Source: an uncultured Bacilli bacterium (GTDB lineage Bacteria > Bacillota_I > Bacilli_A > RF39 > UBA660). Taken from it: DNA of 45,123 nucleotides. Of the stretch, positions 29,644-38,440 are shown piece by piece; positions within the stretch are counted from its first letter, which is position 1; every line of letters starts with the position of its first letter. Below the pieces are notes generated by a model that saw only the letters and a list, made by a program, of their open reading frames with translations, was not told where the DNA came from and searched no databases. Location: the NCBI GenBank assembly GCA_910578745.1, contig CAJTSN010000004.1:1-45123 (forward strand), in the 5' to 3' direction. The translations under genes were made by a program, and so were the position numbers.

Positions 29644-30027
29644 ATGGCTTATAAACCAAGAAAACGTAAAGTAAAAAAGAATGTACCAGAAGGAATCGCT
29701 CATATTCATACATCTTTCAATAATACAATTGTTACGATTTGTGACAAGGAAGGAAATACAATTAGTTGGGCTTCTGCTGGAACACTCGGATTTAAAGGAA
29801 GTAAGAAATCAACTCCTTTTGCAGCTGGTATGTCTGCAGAAGCAGCAGCCAAAGTCGCTTATGACATGGGAATGCGTAAAGTAGCTGTATTTGCAAAAGG
29901 ATTAGGTGCTGGTCGTGAAACAGCAATTCGTTCTTTACAAACGGCAGGCCTTGAAATTACTTCTATTACAGATGTAACACCTGTACCACATAACGGATGT
30001 CGTCCACCAAAACGTCCACGTGGATAA
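29644..30027 (+). CDS. rpsK: 30S ribosomal protein S11
   Basis: [18 protein letters not shown]. Confidence 0.97.
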   Translation: MAYKPRKRKVKKNVPEGIAHIHTSFNNTIVTICDKEGNTISWASAGTLGFKGSKKSTPFAAGMSAEAAAKVAYDMGMRKVAVFAKGLGAGRETAIRSLQTAGLEITSITDVTPVPHNGCRPPKRPRG

Positions 30028-30046
30028 AGAAAAGGAGTGTGTTAAC

Positions 30047-30997
30047 ATGTTAAACTTTGATAAACCAATTTATAAAATTACGGATTATATAGAAAGTAAT
30101 AATTTTGGTAAATTTGAACTAGAGCCTCTTGAAAGAGGGTTTGGAATAACTTTAGGGAATGCACTTAGAAGAGTGTTACTATCTTATATGCCAGGAAGTG
30201 CAATTGTAGCTACTAAAATCACAGGAGCTATGCATGAATTTCAAACAATTGATGGAATTGTAGAAGATGTAACTTCTATCATTCTAAATTTAAAAAATGT
30301 TGTGATTAAAAATCATAGTGATGAAGTGAAGATTGTATCTTTATGTGTAAATGAGGAAAAAATAGTTACAGCCGCAGATATAAAGGTAGACACAGATATA
30401 GAAATTATAAATCCAGAACAAGTAATTGCAACAGTTTCTAAAGGTGGTAAGTTGGAGATGGAATTAATGATCGCCAATGGCTGTGGCTATGTTCCATCAA
30501 CGGATAATAAAAAATATCTTGAGAATGCGCCAATCGGATATATTCCAATTGATGCCATTTATTCTCCAATTGAAAGAATTAATTATGAGGTAGAGGCAGC
30601 TCGTGTAGGACAAGATGCTAATTATGATAAATTGATTTTATATGTAAGTACAAATGGTTCTATTCGTCCAGAAGAAGCAGTGGCACTTGGCTCTAAAATA
30701 TTAATTGAACACTTTAATGTTTTAACAGAATTAAGTGAAATTTCAGATATGACAGGAATTATGACAGCAAAACAAGAAGATAGTAAACTTAAGAAATTGG
30801 AAACTTCTATTGATGATTTGGATTTCTCTGTAAGAGCATATAATTGCCTTAAAAGAGCTGGTATCAATACACTTGGCGATTTAACAGAAAAATCAGAATT
30901 AGAAATGATGAAGATTCGAAATTTAGGAAAGAAATCTTTGAAAGAAGTCATTGATAAAATTAAAGATATGGGACTTAAATTTAGAGAAGATGATTAA
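30047..30997 (+). CDS. rpoA: DNA-directed RNA polymerase alpha subunit
   Basis: FELEPLERGFGITLGNALRRVLLS, with a C-terminal domain containing SVRAYNCLKRAGI. ATG 30047 follows an AAAGGAG SD. Confidence 0.96.
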   Translation: MLNFDKPIYKITDYIESNNFGKFELEPLERGFGITLGNALRRVLLSYMPGSAIVATKITGAMHEFQTIDGIVEDVTSIILNLKNVVIKNHSDEVKIVSLCVNEEKIVTAADIKVDTDIEIINPEQVIATVSKGGKLEMELMIANGCGYVPSTDNKKYLENAPIGYIPIDAIYSPIERINYEVEAARVGQDANYDKLILYVSTNGSIRPEEAVALGSKILIEHFNVLTELSEISDMTGIMTAKQEDSKLKKLETSIDDLDFSVRAYNCLKRAGINTLGDLTEKSELEMMKIRNLGKKSLKEVIDKIKDMGLKFREDD

Positions 30998-31011
30998 TAA
31001 GGAGGTAGAGT

Positions 31012-31365
31012 ATGGCTTATAGGAAATTAGGTAGAGAGAATAAACATAGAAGAAGTATGCTTGCTAATTTAACAAAAGACCTTATCATGCATGAGAGAAT
31101 TGAAACAACAGAAGCAAGAGCAAAAGAAACTCGTAAATTTGTTGATAAAATGATTTCATATGGAAAAAGTGGTTCTTTAGTATCTAGAAGAAAAGCTTTA
31201 GCTTTCTTACAAAATGATACAGAAGCTGTGAAGAAAGTCTTTGATGACTTAGCAGTGCGATATGCTACTCGTAATGGTGGGTATACAAGAATTTTAAAAT
31301 TAGATGAACGTAGAGGAGACGATGCGCTCAAAGTAATTTTAGAACTTGTTGAGAAAGATGCGTAA
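31012..31365 (+). CDS. rplQ: 50S ribosomal protein L17
   Basis: [20 protein letters not shown]. Confidence 0.96.
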   Translation: MAYRKLGRENKHRRSMLANLTKDLIMHERIETTEARAKETRKFVDKMISYGKSGSLVSRRKALAFLQNDTEAVKKVFDDLAVRYATRNGGYTRILKLDERRGDDALKVILELVEKDA

Positions 31366-31472
31366 AGGCACCTTTTTTTGTGGACGAGATAAATGGAAAT
31401 TTTAAGGCTAGAACTTATAAATAGTAGTCAGGAAAAGCTAGATATGTTAAAATGATATTGAGGTGATATAAA

Positions 31473-32381
31473 ATGGCAGTACCACAATTTCAATATTTCA
31501 TGCTACCTGTACTTCAGTTATTCTCTGATAGTGCTGTTCATGCTACAAACGAGTGCATACAGACGGCAATTGACTATTTTCAATTAGATGAAAATGATCT
31601 AAAATTAATGGTACCAAGTGGTAAGCAAACTTTAATAGCAAATAGAGTTTATTGGTCTTTAACTTATTTAAAAAAATCTTTACTATTAGACACAATAAGA
31701 AGAGGAGAATATAAAATTACAGAAAGAGGGTTAAAACTATTACAAACAAATCCTAAGCAAATTGATAGAGACCTTTTATCGCAGTATGCAGAATATCGTG
31801 AGTTTAGTAATCAAGAAAATCTGGTGATTGCTTCACAGGAACAAAATGAGAAGGAAGAAGATATTACACCAGAAGAAAGTATTGATAGGATTTATAAACG
31901 AATCAATGAACAACTTTGTGAGGAACTATTAGAAATCATATTCGATAAAGATCCTTACTATTTTGAGAGATTAGTAATGGATGTATTAACTAAAATAGGG
32001 TATGGAGGTTCTAATCCCAGTAATAATATCGTCACTTCAAAATCAGGCGATGAAGGAATTGATGGAATTATTAACCAAGACAGACTTGGTTTAGACAAAA
32101 TTTATATTCAAGCAAAAAGATGGAAAGAGAATGTCGGTCGACCAGAATTACAAAAGTTCGTAGGAGCAATATCGGCTCAAAAATCCAATAAGGGCATTTT
32201 TATAACAACTTCTTATTTTACAAAAGAGGCAATGGAGTATGCCAAAAATTTATCTCATCCAATCGTTTTAATAAATGGGAGTGAATTAGCGAAATTAATG
32301 ATTGAATATGGTGTCGGTGTTCAAACAAACTATTCATACGATATTAAAAAAATTGATAATGATTATTTTGAAATGATATGA
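31473..32381 (+). CDS. mrr: Mrr-family type IV (modification-dependent) restriction endonuclease
   Basis: N-terminal Mrr_N-like winged helix (MLPVLQLFSD...), and a C-terminal catalytic core SGDEGIDGIINQDRLGLDKIYIQAKRW (D...QxK). Confidence 0.85.
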   Translation: MAVPQFQYFMLPVLQLFSDSAVHATNECIQTAIDYFQLDENDLKLMVPSGKQTLIANRVYWSLTYLKKSLLLDTIRRGEYKITERGLKLLQTNPKQIDRDLLSQYAEYREFSNQENLVIASQEQNEKEEDITPEESIDRIYKRINEQLCEELLEIIFDKDPYYFERLVMDVLTKIGYGGSNPSNNIVTSKSGDEGIDGIINQDRLGLDKIYIQAKRWKENVGRPELQKFVGAISAQKSNKGIFITTSYFTKEAMEYAKNLSHPIVLINGSELAKLMIEYGVGVQTNYSYDIKKIDNDYFEMI

Positions 32382-32523
32382 ATTGCATTATGAAAAATAA
32401 AAGCATCTTCATTTTTAAGAGTAAAAAATGATAAACTAAAAATAATTCGATATTCTCAATTATTTTAAATAGTATTAGCCGATAATAGGAAACAATAGAA
32501 TTCTTATGTAGGGGGGTGAAGTT

Positions 32524-35500
32524 ATGAAGAAGATACTGAATATGTTTATTTTATTTTTTATATGTTTTATAACAATGCATGATATAGTACAAGCGAATTC
32601 TCCACCTACTATAGATATAAAAAGTAGTACAAATGAGATAAAAAGTGGCATGGAGATAGAAATTACTTTAGAATTAAAGAATTTTGATGAGGTAGAAAAG
32701 GGAATTAATGCTTATAAAGCAACACTACATTATGATTCTGATGTATTCGAAGAAGTACAGCAATCTGATTTTACATGTTTAAATGGTTGGGAAAGTTTAA
32801 GATACAATAAAGAAACTGGAGAATTTATTGCTTTCAAAAAAGTAGGGAGCAAAAAACCAGAAGAGGTACTTAAAGTAACACTTCGATTGAAGGAAAATGC
32901 AAATAGGAGAGAAACGACGATTGCAATCAAGGATGTAGTCGCATCAGAGGGAATAAAAGATTTATCCTTAGAAAAGAAAAGCGTAACGGTTTCCATTGTT
33001 CAAGACCAATTGAAATATCCAAATTCTATAAAACTAAATTCATCAAACATAAAAAGTAGCTTTGTTGGTGCAATTATGAATTCATTAAAGCCAACAGAAA
33101 CTTCAAATACGGATGAAACAATAAATCGTGATAATGAAATTCCTACTCATGAAAAAGAATCTTCTGGATTCAAAATACCTAAAACTTTGAAAAAATATTT
33201 TTGGTTATTTGTTTTATTGATTATTGAAAACATTGTCACAATTGTTTACTTGCTTTTCAAAAGAAGAAGGAGTATACAAAAGGATGCGGATATCAAAGAT
33301 AAAAAAGTTTTTCTATCCTTTTTAATTGTCGGTTTTCTAGTTTCACAGTGTATTATTACATGTTATGCGACATGGAGAGGACTCTTTTTAAAAGGAGAGT
33401 TGAATGCAGATGAGGTTGTTGATTATGAGGATGTGGATTTACTAGCACTACACTTAATTCATCAACAGATTTTACCGAATGAAAAACTAGAAAATGCGGA
33501 TATGAATAGTGATGGTAAGGTTACGATTACTGACTTATCCCTTTTGATAATAAAGTTAGAGAAAACTTTAAATTATGAAGTCAAACTTTCAAATGTGAGG
33601 GCAGATAAAATTTATGTTAATAAGAAAGAAAGGATAACCGTTCGTTTAAATGCATATGTGAGTCATGCCGAGTCTCTTTCTTCCATAGTTGTCAATGGGG
33701 AAAAATATCCAGTACAAAGAATAGGAAATTCTGAAGAATACACATTTACAATAGATGCTGGCGATATTGCAGGCAAAAAAGATTTTTTCATTAAAGAGGT
33801 TATTTTAAGTAATGAAAAGACAGTAAAAACAGCGCATAAAATTTCTATAGAAGTTTTAAAGAAAGCGCCAACTGTTGAGAATTATCAAGTGACTGAGAAT
33901 AAAAATGATTCAAAAGTAGAAGTAAGTTTTTCTATTTTTGATAAAGATAGTAGTATTACGAAATCACACATTTATATTTATAATGATAAAGCAACACTTA
34001 TAGCGGATTATGCCGCTATAACAGGCAAAAACCATTTTGTATTAGATGTTGAAGATGGAAAGGAATACAAGGTTATCATTGCTATCGATTACAATTTAAC
34101 TACGAATAATCAAAATTATGCAAAAACATTTAGGATTGAAAAAGAATTACAATTCAATATACATTATCAATTCCAATTTTCTGATTTAAAAATTTATAAA
34201 AATAAAGTAGAAGTAACGAATTTGGAAAAAGGCGAACCTTTTCAAATAGGCTTTGTAAGTAGTAATTCTACAATTCATGAACCAACTCTTGTTCGTATTA
34301 ATGGAGAAGTTTATCAAGTTACAGAGAGTGATAAAGAAAAACATCGTTATTATGTAACTATGCCCTCTTATGATACTATAGGAGATTATATACTTAAAAT
34401 AGAGGCTCTTGCTCTTTCCAATGGTCATAGTTTTGAGATCAAGGAAAACAATCATGTAGCATTACATGTACTTAAAAGAAAACCAACGATATCCAATCTG
34501 AAATTCACTGAAAATATCATAGATAATTCAATAGATTTTCAATTTGATTTACAAGATGAAGATCAAACTTTAGAAGGGATGAGACTTGAATTATTGAATA
34601 GTCAGAACCAAATGATTTCTATGCTTTCATTAAATCAGGAAGAACTAGAATCAGGACAGATTTCTAAAACGATGCCTACGGCAATTACCGAAAAATATAA
34701 AATAAGGGTGATTGCAAGTTATCGTCAAAGCGAAGAATTGGTAGAAGAAGAAATTTTTATAGAAGAAATGAAAGCTATTGAAAGAGTGCGCATCAATGAA
34801 GTAAAACTAGATAAGATGTATTATGAAAAACAGGAAAAAGCTGTCATAACATATGCACTTGAAACAAACAAAAAAGAGAATATAAAAAAGATTTGGATCA
34901 ATTCTACAGAATATGATGTACATAAACTAGAAAGTGGGAAATATAGTGTAACTTTATCTGTTACTGATACAGCTGGAGTATATGCTTTCATTACATCTAA
35001 AATAATTTTTGAGGATGATTCTATTGTTGAAGTAAATCACTCTTCTCAAATAGAAATTTTGAAGGATTCTCCTGTTATACAGAATTATTCTTATATGCAT
35101 GAGGGAACAAAAGCTATAATCCATTTTGATATTGTCGATAAAGATGAAAGCTTTATAGAGGGAAAATTATTCCTAACCAAACTAGAAGATCAAAGTGTAC
35201 AAGAATTAGAAATACATAGAGGAAATAATCAATTCACTATTGAATTAGAAGATTTTAAATTGTATCATCTAGAAATTAAGGTAAGTTATGATAGAGATAC
35301 CAATACATTAAGTGAAAATGAAAACGTCATAAAAGAGGAAATCTTATTTGTACAAACTTTACAATTTCTTGAAGATTACAAGTTACAAATTCGTGATTTA
35401 AAAACAGCCAGTCAAGAGGGAGAAACAAAGCAGTTTAATAAAGAAGAATCTATTTTTGTACAATTTAAGAGTACAAATGAAAGCGTGTTCACTCCTAAGT

Positions 35501-36774
35501 ATGCGATGATTAATGGGAAAAAATATCAATTAACTTTCAAAGACGATTACTATCAGGCGGAAATAGATGGTTTTTCAACCGTTGGTGTTCATGAAATTTT
35601 ATTAGAAGAAATCATATTAAATAATGGACACACATTAATTGTTTCGAACAAGAATATAGTTAAAGTGGATATTTTGAAGCAAAAACCAGATATAAAAGGA
35701 TTCGATTATCAGGAAAATGAGGATTCGACCATTTCTATTTCTTTTATGATAGAAGATTTAGAAGATAGTCTAGTTGAAGGAATGGCTATTTTACAAAATA
35801 ATAAAGGTATTCCTTTAAAAGAACAAAAAATTATTAAGGGAAAAAATACAGTTACCTTTTCTAAAACAGAAGGTGACTATTATACATTTCAAGTATTTGT
35901 TCGTTATAAGTTGAGTACAGACTCTCTTGAAGCAGGTTTAAATACAGTATATGATGAATTGATGTTAGAAGAAGAGATTCATGTAAAGGAAACTTCCTTC
36001 GAAATGGAAGATATTACTAGAATAAGTCTTCATAAAAAAACAGAGAATGGCAGCGAAGAAATACTGAATTTATTCTCTTCTACCTTAGATGATTTAAAGA
36101 ATCTAAATGAATATTCTATTTGTTTGGAAACAAAATCAGAGAAATTCTTAAATGTTCCAATTCAAAAATATAGAATAGAAAATGGAAAAGTTTATTTCAC
36201 AATCGAAATTTCCCATATTTTACAATATGATACATTTCAAAAGAAAAAAGAAATAGAGGTTCCTTTTACTGTAGTAGATGATAGTATGGTTCAAAATGTG
36301 GAATTAGAGACGATGTTAAAACTCATTTCTAAAAATCCAAAAGGAAATTATCGTTTGACGGAAGATATAGATGCAAGTATAGTGTCTAGTGGTACTACTT
36401 TAATTCCAAGAGAATTTATGGGTACTATCGATTTTGACGGACATACGATAAAAAATTTATCAATGCCTTTATTTCAAACTTTAAAAGGAGCTACGATTAA
36501 AAATTTGATTATTCAGGATTTGAAAATAGATCATGGTATTTTTGCAGAGGTTATCAGCAATACTACACTCAAGAATGTTCTTGTTATAGATGCAAATACG
36601 TCTGAAGATTTCGTAGGTGATATGAAACGATATAGTGATTCACAAAATATCTCAGCAATAGGAATTTCTTCTAAAAATCCTAAAAAAACGGAAGGAGTCA
36701 TCGATCAAATTTTTGAATTCAAAATTCAAGATGTCTATATTGAAGCGTATACTCGCTTCAACTTAGAGAAATAA
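32524..36774 (+). CDS. Giant surface protein, in order: signal peptide, cohesin-like module, TM hairpin, dockerin-like module, four two-part repeats, GLUG/M26-N-like end
   Basis: See the finding for detail. Cohesin-like region at aa 27-160. Dockerin-like Ca-loop repeat ADMNSDGKVTITDLSLLIIKL. Repeats span aa 351-1157. Confidence 0.8.
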   Translation: MKKILNMFILFFICFITMHDIVQANSPPTIDIKSSTNEIKSGMEIEITLELKNFDEVEKGINAYKATLHYDSDVFEEVQQSDFTCLNGWESLRYNKETGEFIAFKKVGSKKPEEVLKVTLRLKENANRRETTIAIKDVVASEGIKDLSLEKKSVTVSIVQDQLKYPNSIKLNSSNIKSSFVGAIMNSLKPTETSNTDETINRDNEIPTHEKESSGFKIPKTLKKYFWLFVLLIIENIVTIVYLLFKRRRSIQKDADIKDKKVFLSFLIVGFLVSQCIITCYATWRGLFLKGELNADEVVDYEDVDLLALHLIHQQILPNEKLENADMNSDGKVTITDLSLLIIKLEKTLNYEVKLSNVRADKIYVNKKERITVRLNAYVSHAESLSSIVVNGEKYPVQRIGNSEEYTFTIDAGDIAGKKDFFIKEVILSNEKTVKTAHKISIEVLKKAPTVENYQVTENKNDSKVEVSFSIFDKDSSITKSHIYIYNDKATLIADYAAITGKNHFVLDVEDGKEYKVIIAIDYNLTTNNQNYAKTFRIEKELQFNIHYQFQFSDLKIYKNKVEVTNLEKGEPFQIGFVSSNSTIHEPTLVRINGEVYQVTESDKEKHRYYVTMPSYDTIGDYILKIEALALSNGHSFEIKENNHVALHVLKRKPTISNLKFTENIIDNSIDFQFDLQDEDQTLEGMRLELLNSQNQMISMLSLNQEELESGQISKTMPTAITEKYKIRVIASYRQSEELVEEEIFIEEMKAIERVRINEVKLDKMYYEKQEKAVITYALETNKKENIKKIWINSTEYDVHKLESGKYSVTLSVTDTAGVYAFITSKIIFEDDSIVEVNHSSQIEILKDSPVIQNYSYMHEGTKAIIHFDIVDKDESFIEGKLFLTKLEDQSVQELEIHRGNNQFTIELEDFKLYHLEIKVSYDRDTNTLSENENVIKEEILFVQTLQFLEDYKLQIRDLKTASQEGETKQFNKEESIFVQFKSTNESVFTPKYAMINGKKYQLTFKDDYYQAEIDGFSTVGVHEILLEEIILNNGHTLIVSNKNIVKVDILKQKPDIKGFDYQENEDSTISISFMIEDLEDSLVEGMAILQNNKGIPLKEQKIIKGKNTVTFSKTEGDYYTFQVFVRYKLSTDSLEAGLNTVYDELMLEEEIHVKETSFEMEDITRISLHKKTENGSEEILNLFSSTLDDLKNLNEYSICLETKSEKFLNVPIQKYRIENGKVYFTIEISHILQYDTFQKKKEIEVPFTVVDDSMVQNVELETMLKLISKNPKGNYRLTEDIDASIVSSGTTLIPREFMGTIDFDGHTIKNLSMPLFQTLKGATIKNLIIQDLKIDHGIFAEVISNTTLKNVLVIDANTSEDFVGDMKRYSDSQNISAIGISSKNPKKTEGVIDQIFEFKIQDVYIEAYTRFNLEK

Positions 36775-37290
36775 TAGGGTGAACCAATAAGACTTTATCG
36801 AAAATAAAGATTTATCTTTTAAAAAAGTTCTATTAATACGATTTCTCCTTTTTAATAGGTTTGCTACTGATCTCATTGTTGTTTAAAAATAATATTTTAA
36901 TTAAGATAAGATTTTAGAAGTTGCCAATTTACTGAATCTTTTTTGATAAAATTAAAAAAATATATATAATATTTATGTTTTAATGATAGGAAGGAATTTA
37001 ATAAGTATTATTAGAATGATTTAATTCTACTTTAATGACTTAATTGTCCTATCCTTTTAAAAAAGTTACGATTAAAGATTCAATTTACCAAGATATTGAA
37101 TATTGAAACGGATTCCTATAGAATTGTAAGTTTTAATATTTGGAGATTCAAATAGATGCTATTCCATTTTGGTAAGTCTATAAATATAAATAAAATACTA
37201 AAATGTTATTTGTAACAGACAAGAATAGAATAAATAAAAGTATAGCTTGTTTTATTGTTAAAATGTGGAATTTGATAAATAAAAGAATTA

Positions 37291-37315
37291 GGCAGAGTGT
37301 AAGTCTGTCTTTTTT
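37291..37315 (+). terminator. Terminator-like hairpin in non-coding DNA
   Basis: GGCAGA-GTGTAAG-TCTGTC (one G-U pair) followed by T6. No gene is visible upstream of it. Confidence 0.3.
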
Positions 37316-37380
37316 ATGTAGAAGTGGTATCTTCTTTTTTTATTTCTTCTTTTCGACAACTTATTTGCTTTAGGCTTGCT

Positions 37381-37428
37381 ATGATAGAAAAATTCTATGT
37401 TTATAGAATTAGAAAGGAGGATAAATGA
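37381..37428 (+). CDS. Possible 15-aa upstream micro-ORF (MIEKFYVYRIRKEDK)
   Basis: Its TGA overlaps the ATG of the next micro-ORF (ATGA). Both ORFs begin ATGATAGAA. The SD is weak. Confidence 0.15.
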   Translation: MIEKFYVYRIRKEDK

Positions 37429-37493
37429 TAGAATATATTAAATTTATATTATATACTATATGGGAATATTTGGATTATAGAAAATGGAAGTAA
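37425..37493 (+). CDS. Possible 22-aa amphipathic peptide MIEYIKFILYTIWEYLDYRKWK
   Basis: AAAGGAGG is 4 nt upstream of the ATG and a dedicated terminator lies downstream. Polar residues are spaced 3-4 apart. Confidence 0.3.
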   Translation: MIEYIKFILYTIWEYLDYRKWK

Positions 37494-37511
37494 TCGTATA
37501 TAGTAAAAAAT

Positions 37512-37535
37512 CTTATCACTTTAGATAAGTTTTTT
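37512..37535 (+). terminator. Intrinsic terminator after the micro-ORF
   Basis: CTTATC-ACTTTA-GATAAG followed by T6. Confidence 0.5.
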
Positions 37536-37641
37536 ATTGTATAAAATAAGTAAGAGAATTTGAACATATAAAAATTATGGCTTATTTAAGTAAAATAAAT
37601 ATTTGTGTAGAAAAAAGGGATGCGTTATCACGAACTATTCA

Positions 37642-37670
37642 TTGAAATCCTATTTATTTTGTTATATAAT
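37642..37670 (+). promoter_or_regulatory. Sigma-A promoter of the SDR-pilin operon
   Basis: TTGAAA (37642-37647), 17-nt spacer, TATAAT (37665-37670). Confidence 0.6.
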
Positions 37671-37686
37671 AATAATGGGTGATGGT

Positions 37687-38439
37687 ATGAAAGCTTTGAT
37701 AACAGGCGCTTCATCAGGAATCGGGGCGGATATGGCAAGAGTCTTAAGTGATATGGGTGTCGATCTTATTTTAGTGGCACGAAGAAAAACAAGACTGGCA
37801 AAATTGAAATCAGAGTTAAAAACAGATGTGGAAGTTATTCCAATGGATATTTCATCTACCTTTAATTGTATGGATTTATATAATCAAGTAAAAGATAAAA
37901 ATATTGATATATTAATTAATAATGCTGGATTTGGAATTTTTGGTGAATTTAGTGAAACCTCTTTAGATAAAGAATTGGATTTGATTGATACGAATATTAA
38001 AGGGGTTCATATTTTAACAAAATTGTTTTTAAACGATTTTACAAAATTAAATAGAGGATATATTTTAAATGTAGCATCGAGTGCAGCTTTTCAGGCGGGA
38101 CCTTTAATGTCATCTTATTATGCGTCTAAAGCTTATGTACTTAGATTATCAGAAGCTATTTATGAAGAACTACGGCAAATTAAGAGTAATGTTGGTATTT
38201 CTATTTTGTGTCCGGGGCCGGTGGAAACAGAGTTCAATAAAGTGGCTAAAGTTCATTTTTCTATAAAATCTTTAGAAAGTAGAGTGGTTGCAGAGTATGC
38301 AATAAAACAAATGTTTAAAAAAAAATTGGTCATTATTCCAGGAGTTGGAATGAAGTTTGCTTATTATGGAACTAAATTTGCTCCTAGAAAATTATTACTT
38401 AAAATAGATTATCGTATACAGACAAAGAAGGAAGGATAG
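37687..38439 (+). CDS. Short-chain dehydrogenase/reductase, paralog of the 13675-14445 gene
   Basis: MKALITGASSGIGADMA and YYASK. About half its residues are identical to the other SDR by eye. I prefer the internal ATG 37687. Confidence 0.88.
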   Translation: MKALITGASSGIGADMARVLSDMGVDLILVARRKTRLAKLKSELKTDVEVIPMDISSTFNCMDLYNQVKDKNIDILINNAGFGIFGEFSETSLDKELDLIDTNIKGVHILTKLFLNDFTKLNRGYILNVASSAAFQAGPLMSSYYASKAYVLRLSEAIYEELRQIKSNVGISILCPGPVETEFNKVAKVHFSIKSLESRVVAEYAIKQMFKKKLVIIPGVGMKFAYYGTKFAPRKLLLKIDYRIQTKKEG

Positions 38440-38440
38440 T

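Noticed and set aside
31364-31379. Terminator after rplQ (AAAG-GCAC-CTTT followed by T7)
   Set aside because: The stem is only 4-5 bp with a 2-4 nt loop, too weak to call a terminator with confidence. It is mentioned only as a likely leaky stop in the synteny-break finding.
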